In this document: one piece after another, positions 50,435 to 64,000 of the stretch
Position numbering within the stretch: the stretch's first letter is position 1
Layout of the letters: each line of letters begins with the position of its first letter
Assembly (NCBI RefSeq): GCF_004010195.1
Contig: NC_057719.1
Coordinates: forward strand, 24,045,933 to 24,109,932
Origin: Chiloscyllium plagiosum
Taxonomy: Eukaryota
DNA: 64,000 bases
Reading direction: 5' to 3'
Position numbers and translations under genes: made by a program
The notes under the pieces: generated by a model
Seen by the model: the letters and a program-made list of their open reading frames with translations, nothing else
The model's database searches: none
What the model was told of the DNA's origin: nothing

Positions 50435-53400
50435 TCTTTCCTTTTACATGTATTTTTATTGAAAAGTAGATTTTTAAAATATTACAACAAATATAATACA
50501 ATTCAAAACAATACAAAAAAAACAAAAAAATTTTAAAAACCCAAACCACCCTCACGTACAAATATATATAAAAAATATAAGAAAAACTCCAACTAACTAC
50601 TTAACTAAATAAATAATACCTAACAACAAACTAATAAATAATAATAACGTGCAGCAAAACAAAACACTAACTCTCGAATATCAAGAGCATTAATTTTCAC
50701 ATATTCATCCGTTCGCAGTTCACCCTCTCTGGATATTGGACTTGTAAAGCGCAATCGTTGTGGCAGACAAATCTGTGTCCAGGTATTCCAAAAAGGGCTG
50801 CCATGTCTTATAGAAATTCTCAGTTTTGTGGTGTACCATACTTTTAAGAAAATCCAACGGGATATGTTCCATAACAATCTTACGCAAACCCGACAGGCCC
50901 CGGGGGGGGTTTTTGGACACTCAACCTAACGAGATATTCTTTCTTGCATAGAAAGTGAGGATGTTGAAAAGGTTTTTCTACAGGAAATACACTGGGCAGG
51001 CCAAGAAGAGAAGAGAAGAGATCGGGTTCTTCTCCACCCTTACACTTCAAATCCCCTCCATTGCACCTGCCACAGCACTCCCATATGTTTGAAACCTGCC
51101 ATAGGACCAGAAACAATGGGTAAGAGTGTCCGTACTAACTTTGCACTTGGGCATGTTGAAGATTCTCATGGTTTAAATTTTGACAAACGATCTGGAGCCA
51201 AGCGGACTCTGTGGAGAATCTTCAACTGTAAAGCAAGTGTCCTATTGTAAAGTGATATCTTTCTTACATTTTCCCATATATCTTCCCATGCCTCTGAGGA
51301 GACCTCAACGTCTCGTTCTCTCTCCCAAACCCTGCAAAGCTGATCAAACTCATCTGAGGGCCTGCACCCTCCCCCACCCCCCAAGTTGATGATATAGAGT
51401 GCTGACAGAAAGTGTACTCTTAGCACTTATGTCACCTTCTTCTCTATGTCAGATTTGTAGGGATCAGTCTGGAGTGTAATGTTTTTTTGAATAAAATCCC
51501 TAACTTGAAAAAATCGAAAGAGGTCCCTCCAAGATAGCTTGTATTTCCATGCCAACTGATCAAAAGACATCATTGTATCTCCCTCAAATAATCCTGAATC
51601 CATCATCCTTGGTTGAAAGCCTGGCATACCCACTATAGATGTAAGAAAAGATGTTTTGCCAATATTGCCTTCCATCTGCCAAATTGCCCTCCATGCTTTA
51701 ACAGTATTGATAACTATTTGGTTATGGCAATATTCATTAACTGTCTTAATTTTGTCCAAAAACAGCAAGCTCGTAAGGGGGCACTTTGCCTGAGAGGTTT
51801 CAATACCTAAACATATTCAAAGAGGGTCCCCACAAGCCCAACCACTCATGTAAAATAAAAGCAAGCTTAGTTGATAGTTTTAATGTCTGGGAGATCCACT
51901 CCCCCATTCTGTCAGACAACTGCAGTTTAGCTAATTTAATAAGGGGCTGCTTACAATGCCAAATAAAAGAGCCGAACCAGCTGTTCAGTCTCCTGAACAT
52001 TTGCTTATTGAAACTGGTAGGAGCATTCATATCGGTCATAACAAACGGACGGGGGAGAATATTCATCTTAATAAGAGCTATCCGACCTAACCATGAGACC
52101 GGAAGCGCCTCCCATTTTTGAAGGTCTTGTTTGATTTTGTTGACTAATTGAACAAAATTAGCTTTAAACAACCGATCAAAAACTGGAGTAATGAATATGC
52201 CCAAATACATAAAACCCCCACGTGACCACTTAAATGGGAATTGAGATTTGCTCTCAGGACCTAACACCTTCCTAAGACCACCCATAGGCTTGGCCTCTGA
52301 TTTTACAAAATTAATCTTGCACCCTGAAAAGGTGCCAAACGAGCTGATGCATTGTATCAGGAGAGGTCTTGAAACTGCTGGATTTGACAAAAAAATGACG
52401 ACATTGTCGACGTACAACAAAATCTTATGTAATTTTGACCCCACCTCTGGAGCCGATATATTGGGATCCCTGCGAATGGCCTTTGCCAACAGCTCAATCA
52501 CCAACGTAAAAAGCAATGGTGAAAGGGACAGCCCCCATAAAAATGTTAAAATTGCTTGATCGCGCCCCATTGGTGATAACCACAGTGAGATGGTCACTGT
52601 AGAGAACCTTGATCCATCTTGTGAAGGCTTTGCCCAAGCCAAACTGCTCTAGACTATAAAAAAGGTACAGCCACTCAACTTGGTCAAATGCCTTCTCTGC
52701 ATCTAAAGAAATCACCAATCCCTGTACTGACTGTTTTTGACATGCTTGAATTACATTAAGCAGCTTCCCAACATTATTGGAGGATCTGCAGCTCTTTATG
52801 AAGCCTGTCTGGTCCTCTTTAACAATAGATGGTAACACAGTTTCCAGCCTTAACACAAGACTCTTAGGCAGGATTTTAAAGTCAACACTTAAGAGTGAAA
52901 TGGGCACGTAAGAAACACAGTCCTCCAGGACCTTCCTTTTTTTAAGAACGAGCGAAATATTGGCAGAGGTAGACTGCATGAATCATTAAACATGTTGAGC
53001 ATCAGGCTAACAATATGCTTATAAATTCCTTATAGAATTCACTAGGGAGTCCATCAGGACCAGGTGCCTTTCCACCCTGAAGCTGCTTCACAGCCTCCTG
53101 CATCTCATGCTCTGATAAGAGGCATTCAAAAAAGACTCTTGTTCGGGGATTACACCCGAAAGCTCCAGATCCCTGATAAAGGGTTTCATCTTGGCCCGTC
53201 CCTCCTCACAACCCTCAGATTGGTATAATGCAGAATAAAATCTCTGAAATGCTGCATTAATCTTTTTAGAATCACATGTCAGGTTCCCAACACCTTCCCT
53301 ACTCGACATAATGGCTTGAGGGGCACTCTTTTTCCTGGTGAGATATGCTAGGTACTTGCCTGGTTTGTCACCATGCTCATACAACATTTGTTTTGCGAAA

Positions 53401-55985
53401 GTAAGCTCCTTCTTTGCTGTCTGCGTGAGCACGGAATTCAATGCAAACCACAGTGCCATAATCCTCTGTAGCTTGGCCAACACGGGCTTGTCAAAGTAAG
53501 CCTTCTCGGCTGCCTTCAACCGTGCTTCGAGGAGATGTTGCTGCTCACCCCTCTGCTGCTTCCTACTGGTGGAGTAGGAAATAACTAACCCCATAGCATA
53601 GGCTTTGGCAGTTTTCCAAAGGAAATACTGGCTACTAGCAAAGCCTGAATTAATGTCTAGGAAAGCCCAAATTCCTTAAAGAAGTACTCCACAAACTTAT
53701 TATCCTTAAGGGTAAAGGGATCCATTCATCAGTGCTTAGGGTCCACTATAGCATCCCTAATCTTAACCAACGGATACAGTGGAGCATGATGGGAAATGGT
53801 AATATTACCAATCGTACAAGGTACCACCAAGTCCAGGGTTGCCACGGGGGTCAGAAAAAATAAAATCAATCCTAGTGTGACATCTGCGTGAATTGAAAAA
53901 AAAACAAAATCCATGCCTGCAAGGTGCAGATGCCTCCAGACCTCCTCATCCCTAACTCCATACACAGATCCACTAATTGTTTAGTTTGTACAGAGAATAT
54001 CGGGGGGTTTTGGGGAACCTGTCTACTGTGGGGTCCGTAAGACAATTAAAATCTCCCCCTATGATGATACGCCGAGATTCGAGACTGATCAATTTAGAGA
54101 ACGTATCTACCAGAAACTTGGGGGGATGGGCCGGAGGGCAGTAAACATTTCAAACATGACATTCTTCCCCGATTATCAGGGCTTTGAGGATTGCAAACTC
54201 TCTGTGTGTGACTTTAACAAATGGGAGATTCCTCCTAACCAACGTAGCCACTCCTCTACTTCTGGTAATAAAAGATGAAAAGTAAACCCGATCAAAGCCA
54301 TTCTGCTGTAGTTTCAAATGCTCCTTTATCATTCAAGTGTGTCTCCTGTAATAAAGAAATATCCACCTTTTCCTTTCTAAGACTCGAGAGTACCTTCTTC
54401 CCTTTAATTGGTGAGTGACTTCCCTTGATGTTCCAGGTACACCATTTAATCAAATCATTAGCCATACCTTCTACATTAACATTTAGATTCCAGAGAGTTG
54501 GAACTCAAATTATAAATCGTCAAGCACAGTGTCACAATGTCTATCAAACATAAAAACTACATAAACTAAAACCATTGCAGTTAACAAACCTACAAAGCTA
54601 TAAAAGATTATATATAACAAAAACCAAAAAACAAACCAAATGTAAAGCGTCAATGGCACTGAATAGGGGAAGTCACCCCCTGCTCAAAGGGGGCATCTAC
54701 ATATCCCAAACCCAACTTCCCATCCCGCTGTCAATATAGCAGCAAGGGCATTTAAATACCTGAACCAGGCATAAATTGCCTTTGAGTAGGCATCTAACCA
54801 TCCCAACCATTTTCTCTCCAAGCTAGAGCTGCACCACAAACATAAGCAGCAAAGAAAGAAAATACACCATGGAATAACAATGTGAACAAAGACATTTTGA
54901 AAGAAAAGTTAGTATCCCACCCATGCTTTGGTATAACTTAACTTAGAAATTGAAAGTAAAGATCCCAGCCACCTCTGAGCACAGTTTAGACCAAGTTATT
55001 ACCAATAAAAAAAAGAAAGCCACAACCGGACTTCTTTTTTTTAAAGAAACATAGAGACGTACCTAAACAACACTACTATTTGTACAGATTAAATTAATTT
55101 GTCCACAAAGTCTCTTGCCTCCTCCAGCCAGATACCTCAGAGTATTGGTTCCTGAGTTCCCTCAGTCTTTTCTTGATGCCATCATAGAATTTTCTTTTCC
55201 AGATCATCGCTGCTGAGAAGTCCTGGAAGAACATGATCTTAGAGCCCTTGTAAAGTAGGGCCTTCAGATCCTTTCCCTGAATTCTGGAAGCTTCCACGAT
55301 TCCCTCCTTATCTCTGTAGTGATGAAACTGCACCAAGATAGGACAAGGACATTGGTCCAGACCTGACCTCCACATTGTGACCCGGTGAGCTCTCTCAATC
55401 TTCAAGCTTCCCATTCTAGCTGCCAAGTTAAGAAATTTCGGCAACCAGTCCGCAATAAATTCCACTGGTCACGCACCTTCCTTACCCTCCGGCAGACCAA
55501 CGGTTCAAATATTTTTCTCCTGCCCCTGTTCTTGAGGTCATCAACTTGGTCAAGCAAAGTATGGACCTGCGTCTTCAGGACCTGAAACCTATACTTGGAC
55601 GACTCGGAATCAGCATTCTACCTCACTGGACTTGTTCTCAAGGCCTCCCAGCTGCTGTTCATGCTTCTGCAGCATGATAGAGATCAGGGGCAGCTTCTCC
55701 TCTATCTGCTTACCCAGCATCTTGCAAGATTTCACAAACTCCGTTACTAGGACCTGGTAGGAAATTGAGCCCGAGAATCCTGCAGGCTGGGCTCCCTTCT
55801 TCGGCATCCCTGGATGGTGAAAACCAAGGTAAGTTATTCATTAACAGTTTCCTGGGACTCCACAACCTTTCCAGAGTCCCAGGGTATCGTGGTGATCCAG
55901 GTAGGGTGGCTTAGGACGCCGTCCCACTAGCGATGTGGTGCAGAGCTCTGCAACATGATCTTTCTTGATCGCTGTGATCTTCGAT
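50435..55985 (-). mobile_element. near full-length degenerate L1-clade LINE
   Basis: ORF1 remnants (IERAHRV, ILVQFHHYRDKE, IMFFQDFS) at 55094-55807. ORF2 starts at ATG 54465 (MANDLIKWCTWNIKG) and includes DQTGFI, SLDAEKAFDQV, LSPLLF, YVDN and YLGI. AATAAA near 50455. Confidence 0.93.
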
Positions 55986-55991
55986 TTCCCC

Positions 55992-56650
55992 GTAATTTTG
56001 TTTTTAAGTAGGGAATAATGCTAACAATTCTTCAGTTTTCTGGCACCTCACACAAATCTATAGAACACTGAATGATTATGGCTAGTGCCCCTACAATTTC
56101 TAATCACACTTCCTTCAATATCCTCAGATGCATCTCATGTGGGCGGCACGGTGGCACAGTGGTTAGCACTGCTGCCTCACAGCGCCAGAGACCTGGGTTC
56201 AATTCCTGATTCAGGCGACTGACTGTGTGGAGTTTGCACATTCTCCCCGTGTCTGGGTGGGTTTCCTCCGGGTGCTCCGGTTTCCTCCCACAGTCCAAAG
56301 ATGTGCAGGTCAGGTGAATTGGCCATGCTAAAGTGTTAGGTAAAAGGGGTAAATGTAGGGGAATGGGTGGGTTGCGCTTCGGCGGGTCGGTGTGGACTTG
56401 TTGGGCCGAAGGGCCTGTTTCCACACTGTAAGTAATCCAATCTAATCTAATCTAATCTAATCTAATCTAGTTCCAGTGCCTTGCCACATATCAATAGTTT
56501 ATCTAACACTTCTTTCTTGTCAATTTTGACCCCTTATAGGTAACAGAATTTCCTACTCTGTCACCATGTCCTGGGTAGCATCCATGTCTTTGGTAAAGAC
56601 AGATTCAAACTATTCATAAGCTTTTTCACCTCCCCTCAGTATTTCTTGGT
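55992..56650 (-). mobile_element. old CR1 fragment, continuation of 49560-50435
   Basis: Decayed pre-RT region, colinear with the fragment left of the L1. Confidence 0.6.
56141..56468 (+). mobile_element. young HE1-type SINE
   Basis: GGCACAGTGGTTAGC and GGTTCAATTCC boxes, long (AATCT)n tail. Confidence 0.93.
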
Positions 56651-56764
56651 TCCTCTCAAATGTATTGTTGATTTTTGCATTACTCGCAGTAGGAAGAGAT
56701 ATCTTAGTGACAAAGGATTTTAATTACTGCAAGTTCTAAAATATCAGCATATTTGATATCTTAC

Positions 56765-56848
56765 CTTAGTCTCTGATCCTGGATGGTCTCCTCCTGTAAT
56801 GACGCATCTTAGAATTTCTGGAAGGTGGTCTAGAAGTGCATCCAATAC
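56765..56848 (-). CDS. PPP4R4: PPP4R4 coding exon, 84 nt, phase 0-0
   Basis: VLDALLDHLPEILRCVITGGDHPGSETK. TAG acceptor, GTAAGA donor, in frame with neighbours. Confidence 0.95.
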
Positions 56849-59803
56849 CTAGATATGCAAAACAATGAACCATGCTGTTACAAAATATAACAACATTGAG
56901 TAAATTAAGGCAAAATTGTGAAAGGGATTATTCTACACATATGATGTTCAGTGTAGAAATATAATTTGGTATTAGCACAGGTTATCCATTTTTAAAAATA
57001 GAGGTCATCATTGCTCAAAACAAGATTAAGTTGCATCGACCATAATGATGTAAATTATTTAATATTGTCAGTAACGCAATTTATAAAAAAAATTCAACTT
57101 GAGACATCAAATCTTCTCTTTTCTATGGTCTTCCCAGCATTTAGCTGGAAGATATGCCTGCTCATCCAGTTCTGGACATTGGACAAGCTGTTTGATAATT
57201 ATAAGACATAGATCAGTTTTTCATTATACAGTATATTCTTATGTACTGAATACTATTTACTAATAGCTAGTTAAATTATCTGGAGTGTCTCTAAATAAGT
57301 TAAACAAATTGTTTTGGCAGTTGTCAACGTTAAATAGTAGAAGAAGGTAGTGAATTTATAAAAGAAGTGAAGACTTCAGTGTCTGGTACTCTTGAGGAAG
57401 ATATGTAACATGAACTTAAAGTTAAGCCTTTAAGAGATTTCTCTAAGCTACATCACCACTAGACTTCACTGTTTGCATTATTATTGCTTTTATATAAATA
57501 TATATTATAAATATTATATAAATATTATTTGTTATTAACTCCCAAAGTCTTTTATAACTGATACGTTATGCATCTACTGATCAGACAGGAAAAGGTTTCA
57601 TTCAAAAACTTTGATGACCTACAGAAAATCTTTAAAACAAACAAAGACTTTGGACACTCTTCATCTCTCAGAACAGCAGGACAAAGTTTGTTTGAATAAT
57701 CTGGCTGACAAGAAGAAATTAAAGCTGGATTCTTGACAGATAGGAAGAGTGTAAAGCTAATTTCAGTTCTTTTAGTTAAATACTTTACCTTGCCAGAGCC
57801 TTTGGGCATAATCAAATGCATAACATAACTGTAGCATTAACCTTAGATTTTAAAAAATCAAGAAGGTTACTTGGAACATTAAGTTGACCCTACAAGAATG
57901 CAATGTCCTTGAACCATCTTTAATAATTAATTTTAAAGGTATCTGGACAAGTGTGCTTTCAATAGAATGTCATCAATAACTCTGATGTTTTATTTTTCAT
58001 ACAAGTCAATATACTCTCACAAGATAATCATCACAATCTAATCACTAGGGTGGTCTACCATGTAATAGTTACTGTGATTTAAAATAATCCTTTCAACAGT
58101 CTTTCTTAATGCAAGAAGAAAGTTTCTAATTAGGATAGTCTTGTCTAGATTCATTTTATATGGAATTCTCAAGATATATATAGTTCAAACTACATTTTGG
58201 TAAGAAAGAAATTGCTGTGAGAATTTTCAGGACCACAACATAGCAAATCACAATACAATTTAGGAATAGCTGATGGGAATATCCAGAATTTTAGGTCTTT
58301 TCATTATTTTGAAAAATGCTTTGGTTGAGGCTTGGTTTATCATGTTCCTAGTAAAATCTGAAGTGATGCAGTAATAGTCACCTAGTAATGAAAACCAAGA
58401 CTGAAATGGAGAGATACAGTTATTCTGTATGACAATGTAAATTATCTTCAGTAAAAGAGAAAATCAATGATTAAGACTTTCTTCTTAAAATGAACATTTC
58501 AAGCTTATTACGTTGATGCTTTTTGAATTATCAGTCAGATTATATTTCAAGCCATGCTGAAGCATCCTGCATTGTAGAAAGAGGTAGACAAACAGGCTGA
58601 TTAAAGATATGATCATTTTCTGTGCAACTTGTGATTTCAGATAGGCAATTTTTGTAATGGAGAAAATCAATCTCTTCAGAGATCACTTTTGATATCTGAA
58701 CATTGACGATGAAGCACCATTCTAACCCTCGCAATACAACCCACTGTTCAATATTCTAGTCAAGATCCTTATTTAACATGCATATTTACCCAGATATAAG
58801 CCCATTTATAAAAAGGTTCCACATCTATTTGTATTTCTTCCTTGTCCATTTCAACCCTTCCCACATTTATTTCTTCTTTAGCAATACATGACTCTGACTC
58901 CATTCTTAATTGTTTTTTCATAGCTCCTTTGCAGCCAGGTTTCTGTTAAGGCTGACAAACTTCAATCTTCCTGTCAAATAGTTGTTTGCAGTTCACTTAG
59001 TTTGTTTGCACAATGCACCCACTTTAATCCATTTGCTTGCTTTTTAAAAAAAAAACAGCCATACACCTTCCATTTCTCCACCGTTGCTACTGATTATGCC
59101 TTTATATAGTGCACAACATTTTTATGCTAGTAATCCAACAGTGAGCTGATTTCCAGTCAATGTGGTGCACCCCAGAGACTCTCTTCGACCTTCTTTATAT
59201 CCTTTTATCAGTTGCAGGTGCTGATCCAGACCATTGATCAACTGATACATCAAAATATCATGCTCAATTCTCCATAATTTCCTGTGATTGAAAGTTGACT
59301 TGTGCTGAAGTGACCTATAAACTAGCATGGAGAGGAAAACAGAAATTGGACTGGGATATTATTACCACCTTTCAGTAATAAGTCTGTTTTGTCTGCACTC
59401 CTATAATGTAACAATAACTCCATTTCTAAAGTTCTTTATTTGTGTTATACTTTTGAAACAACCAAAAGTGAGAAAGGTGCTCCAAAATGCAAGTCTTTTT
59501 ATTTTCAATTTATACAACACAATTTAGAAAAATAAACATTTGTGAATGTTGTGAAAGAAAAGTCAAAGAACTGAACACAAATTTTAATGCATGAGTTGGC
59601 AAATGCCAATGAATTTCTTGTTATACAAATGGGTTTTTCAATCAAGAGAGGCCACAAATGAAATATGGGATGTGTAGTAATTCTGGAAGAAAAGTGTAGA
59701 TTAGAAATGGAAAGAAAACCTGAATTTCAAAACCAAAAAAAAAATTTGCAAAGCGGTTAAGAAACAATTCTTTATTAAATTGACAACATGCTATTTCCCT
59801 TAC

Positions 59804-59881
59804 CTCTAATGATTCATCTTGCAAAAGCGCAATCAATTCTTTGTGAACTGTGTGAACACTGGAGCCTAGCAGCTTAATGAC
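59804..59881 (-). CDS. PPP4R4: PPP4R4 internal coding exon (first found in window), 78 nt, phase 0-0
   Basis: Translates VIKLLGSSVHTVHKELIALLQDESLE, resembling human VSKLLNSGVYLIHKELITLLQDESLE (recalled). TAG acceptor and GTAAGG donor. Confidence 0.95.
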
Positions 59882-60036
59882 CTACAAGTACAAGTTTGCA
59901 AAACATTACACATTGACCCAGTTGAAGCATATTTCAATCTCATAACAAATTAACCAATTTAAAGAATTTATAGAAAGTTAAACAGCACAAATTTTTTAAC
60001 AGAAAATGCAAACATTTTTAAAATCACCGGAACCAC

Positions 60037-60593
60037 TGTTATGGACCAGACTAAACCCCCTCAAAATATATTAAGATAGCCGAGACCCAACGTTTTCTTA
60101 TTTTAAAGGTGTGTAAGGCATTGTGTTCCAGATACAATTTGATTGGTCAAATTACTCTAAACAAAACACATTTCTGCTCTACATTTAAAAAAACAGTCAA
60201 AATAAAAGAATTAACTGTAACTCTATCAAAATGCTTAACAAAATAATGTGTGTATTTGCTACTAATTAACTGTTCTGTATAGTAACATCCCAGAAGCACA
60301 CCCTTGGCAGAAGCAAATTCAAAACAGCAGATTGTCTCATATGCAATCCTAGCAGCAGGATTCCACATCCAGCTTCAGGACCCCAGCAACTGCTACTGAA
60401 AGCTAAACTAAAAATCTGGGTTCTGTAGGAGCTTGACCCCACCCATTCAGGCTGCTTTTATTGTTCCAACTTTAAAAAAAAGTCTCACAAGCTGTTAACT
60501 TTATTATCTTTGAGCTCAACACCTCTATCTCAACTTTCCTTCACAAAATAAACCAGAACAATATACACCTCTTAAAGCCATAGTATCATCACA
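60037..60593. mobile_element. probable solo LTR, 557 bp
   Basis: Termini TGTTATG...CATCACA form an imperfect inverted pair (TG..CA). Flanks are ACCAC and ACCAT. Confidence 0.65.
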
Positions 60594-61659
60594 ACCATCT
60601 ATTGAACGTTAGTAACTTACAAAAAATTACTTATTAAACCTTGTCCACCTATCTCTAAATTTCAATCCTCTATCCCTCTATTCCCAAAATCTGGCCAATG
60701 GGCATCTTTTCCCTCTGAGCATTCAATCATTCGGATCTTGAGCTCTGGTATTTCCTCAAATACGTCTCCAAGTTCCTACCTCCAAATGTGCAGGCAAACA
60801 CAACATACAAACTTCCAGTAGGAATCATAGATAAGATTATCACAGGTATGAACTGGATACATTGGGGTTCAAATCTTGCACATTTCTGGGGCTGAAAATT
60901 AGTGCTGTCAAAGAGCCATCAGAAGCAAATTTGAGAGTCTGATAACATCTAAATGTGACAGAAATATCTTAAAATGTTTAGCCAAATATTTTATAGCCAT
61001 TATTTTCATTTCTCTATAACACAAATAAAGAAAACTAACATATGATGACCTTATGGCTATAGTGAATATAGAATCTACTTATTCATTTATATAGGATGTG
61101 GGCATCGCTAACTAGGCCAGTATTTATCGCCTATCCTCTTTGCCCATGAGAAAGTGATGGTGAGCCATCTTCGTGGACTCGTACAGTCCTGTCTTAAAGA
61201 TATTCACATAAGAGAGTTCTGTGATTTTGACCTAACGACAGTGAATGACATTTTAAAGTTAGAATAGTGTGTGAAATTGAGAACTTGAAGTTCCCATGTG
61301 TTTGTTATCTTTACTTTTCTATATGGTGGAGATTATAGGCTTGGAATATGCTGCCAAAGTAACCTTGGTGACTTGCTGAAGTGCATTTTGTACACTGTTA
61401 ACCTCTCTCTCCATTAGCACGGTCTTATGCTGGCTCAGAGCTGCTCTTCCACTAGTTCCACTTAATCCTCCAGCTTATTCAACATACTAAACAGAAACAT
61501 TTTCTTTTCCTTTCAGGCATTAAAGAACATGAGATGCAATTCCTCAAAATACCCACACCTCTCTGGAGCCGTCCTCCCCTCCCCTTCCCTCTGACTCCAT
61601 CCCCTTTCCTGACTCCACATCCGGTTGAGTATTTACTATTTCTTCTGATGCTGAAGATT

Positions 61660-62475
61660 TTGCACTCAGCAAATATCTCAGTTTGATGCCTCTGCATCCC
61701 CACCTCAATGAATTTCAGACACGACATGATGTTAAATTCTTCTTCTGTCACCTTCGCCTCTGTGCTCACTTCTTTGTGCAAGAGTCCTGTCCCCATCCCA
61801 CAGAGACCTTCATCCACCTTCAACACTCTCCCTCCAGTCATTTATCTGCATTCAACCTTTTAATCGAGAACTGTCAACGTGACAATGGTTGCTTTAATTT
61901 CTCTGCCATCCCTTACCCATTCAATCTATCCCCCTCTGAACTGACTGCATTCCATGCTCTCAGATCAAACCCTGATTTTGTAAACAAGTCAGCAAGAGTT
62001 GTGATGTAGTTGTCTGATGTACTGACATTGCAGAGGTTAAGCGCCAACTCTCAGACACCTCCTGTATCCCCCAGATTATGACACCACCATCAAATCTCAG
62101 GCCATTGTGTCCACAAGTGACTAATCTCATTTTCCCCCACAGCCTCCAAGCTCAGATTCACCCAATCTTATACAGTCTGCATTTCCCTCCTTCCCAAAGT
62201 CCACAAACAGGACTGCCTGGGCAGATCCATTGTTTTTGCTTGCATTTGCCTCACAGAATGCATCTCTTCCCACCTTGACTCGACTTATTTTCTCCTCTTG
62301 TCCAGTCCCTTCTCACTTACATTGAAATTCATCTAATGTTTTGTCAGTTTCATGAATTTCTAGTTTGTGGGGTCCAGCTGCCTCCTCCTTCACCATGGAT
62401 GTGCAACCCCTTAACATGTCCATTCCCATCAGGATGGTCTCAGGGCTCTTCACTTCTTCCTGGAAGAAAAGTCTG
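61660..62475 (+). mobile_element. degenerate Penelope-like reverse transcriptase fragment
   Basis: FFCHLRLCAHFF, NLSPSELTAFHALRSNPDFVNKSA, PKVHKQDCLGRSIV, FTMDVQPL and DGLRAL motifs across frames. Confidence 0.8.
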
Positions 62476-62534
62476 AATCATCCCCATCTGTCACTTTCCT
62501 TTACCAGGCCTAGCTCATCCTCAGTTTGAATAAT

Positions 62535-62875
62535 TTCTCCCAAAGTGGCTACAAAAAGAATGTTTCCTCTTGTAGGTGAATTTAGAACTAGGGGATTGTG
62601 TTTTAAATTTAGGAATGACCCTTTTAGGACAGAGATGAGAACTGTTTCGTCACAAAGGGTTGTGAGACTTTGAAAACCTCTACCTCTGAAGACAGTAGAG
62701 ATGGTGTAATTAAATATCTTTAAGGCAGAAGTGAAAAGATTCTTGATAGGATGAGGAAGCAAGGGTTATCGCTTAGATAAGAATATGCAGTTTAAAACAC
62801 AAACACAGCAGCCATGATCTTTTTGAATAGCAAAGCAGCCTTGAGAGAGTGAACAATCTAATTTTGCTCCTATTT
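62535..62875 (+). mobile_element. CR1 3' fragment
   Basis: Similar to 23880-24180. Confidence 0.7.
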
Positions 62876-62889
62876 TGCAGGCATATATT

Positions 62890-63350
62890 TCATCTCTGGA
62901 ATTCAGGTCTATTGTTTTGTGTTTGAATCAATTGTTGAATGGGATCTGGAGCCCAGTGACCTTGATAGACCCTACTCTCAGCAGTGAGCAAATAATTGGT
63001 ATGTAAGTGCCACAATATAGAATTGTTAATGATACGGTCCACTACCTTGTTGATGATTAAAAGTAGGCAACTGAGGCAGTAATTTTTGCTTTGGGTTTGC
63101 CCTGCTTTTTCGCAAAAGGGATATATCTTGGCGATTTTCACTTTGCCAGGTAGATGCTAACTTGTGGCTATACAAGAGCACCATGACTACTGATGCAGTC
63201 GAGTTTGGAGAATATCCTCTGCGCTTTCACTGGGATGTTGTCAATCCATAGCATTTTGCTATGTGGAATACACTCAGCTGTTTCTTTATATCATGTGAAA
63301 TGAATTGTATTAGGCAAAGTCTGGCATCTGTGATAAGGGGACATCACGAG
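62890..63350 (-). mobile_element. LINE RT fragment, second family
   Basis: ORF 62890..63141 (KIAKIYP..K..QS.NYC.SCLL.II.KV). Similar to 42250-42650. Confidence 0.6.
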
Positions 63351-64000
63351 GATGCTGGGCACACCACCTGAGCACAGAATAAAACAATTTTGAGTTCTGT
63401 CAACAAGTCAGGGAGACTAAAAAAGACAGTAATACTTGGAAATGAACATGTTAGTGCACAATTTAAAGGTATACAAGACAAATTGGATAAATATGTCTCA
63501 TTTGTAAGTTTTACTTTTTTTAATCTATGTCAGTTAGGGTTGAAAAGGGAACCTTACCAGTATGCCACATTCAAGTGCCCTCCTGCCAACAAATACACTA
63601 ATATAGACTTGCCTGAAGTTAAATTCCATGCTCCAAATGAGAAACTGCTGTTGTTCACCTTACTATAGCTATCGCATACTAGTGAAAGGAATACTCATAC
63701 AACCAAGAGTGGAGCAGCTCACCGGTAAAAGGTTTTTCACAGAAAAGGAGAAAAGGAAACTGAGAAATTAAGCATAATGAAACATTCAAATTCCCAACTT
63801 CCCATATAGCCCTGCAGTCAATCCACAATAACTCAATTAGTTTTGTATCAGTCAGATTTGCTGCATCTTTGGTGCCAGGGATATGCTATAATTATGAAAT
63901 TTTCAGTCTCAAGTCACTGTACTCCATTGAGTGTTTCTAAGCAACTACATTTGGATGCCTGAATCGTTCACTTTGAGATTGAATGTTTTATCTTCCCTTT

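Noticed and set aside
508..63668. Most ORFs in the supplied track as independent genes
   Set aside because: They are fragments of decayed LINE, SINE or PLE sequence or chance ORFs. Only a few overlap real PPP4R4 exons.
59882..64000. Next upstream PPP4R4 exon (AMIVFVDPK...FYE-like)
   Set aside because: No matching peptide or splice sites seen. It is presumably beyond the window.

Overview
Eukaryotic vertebrate genomic DNA, AT-rich and repeat-dense. The repeat repertoire (HE1-type SINEs with (AATCT)n tails, CR1/HER1 LINEs, Penelope-derived short repeats) points to a cartilaginous fish, probably a shark (inference). The whole window lies inside one minus-strand gene, PPP4R4 (protein phosphatase 4 regulatory subunit 4). 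Eleven GT-AG exons between 59881 and 2002 splice into one open frame of 1084 nt resembling the C-terminal part of vertebrate PPP4R4; the 5' exons and the final exon(s) were not found in the window. The introns hold degenerate CR1, L1, RTE and Penelope retrotransposons, SINEs, two Tc1/mariner-type MITEs and a solo LTR, often nested. The most interesting signal is a set of about 10 minimal type I hammerhead-ribozyme motifs carried by Penelope-related short elements. Two of these elements are young palindromic insertions flanked by target-site duplications (TSDs). In one, the hairpin loop is exactly the CUGAA of the ribozyme core. All family names and homologies come from motif recognition, not database searches, and repeat boundaries are approximate unless a TSD is cited.
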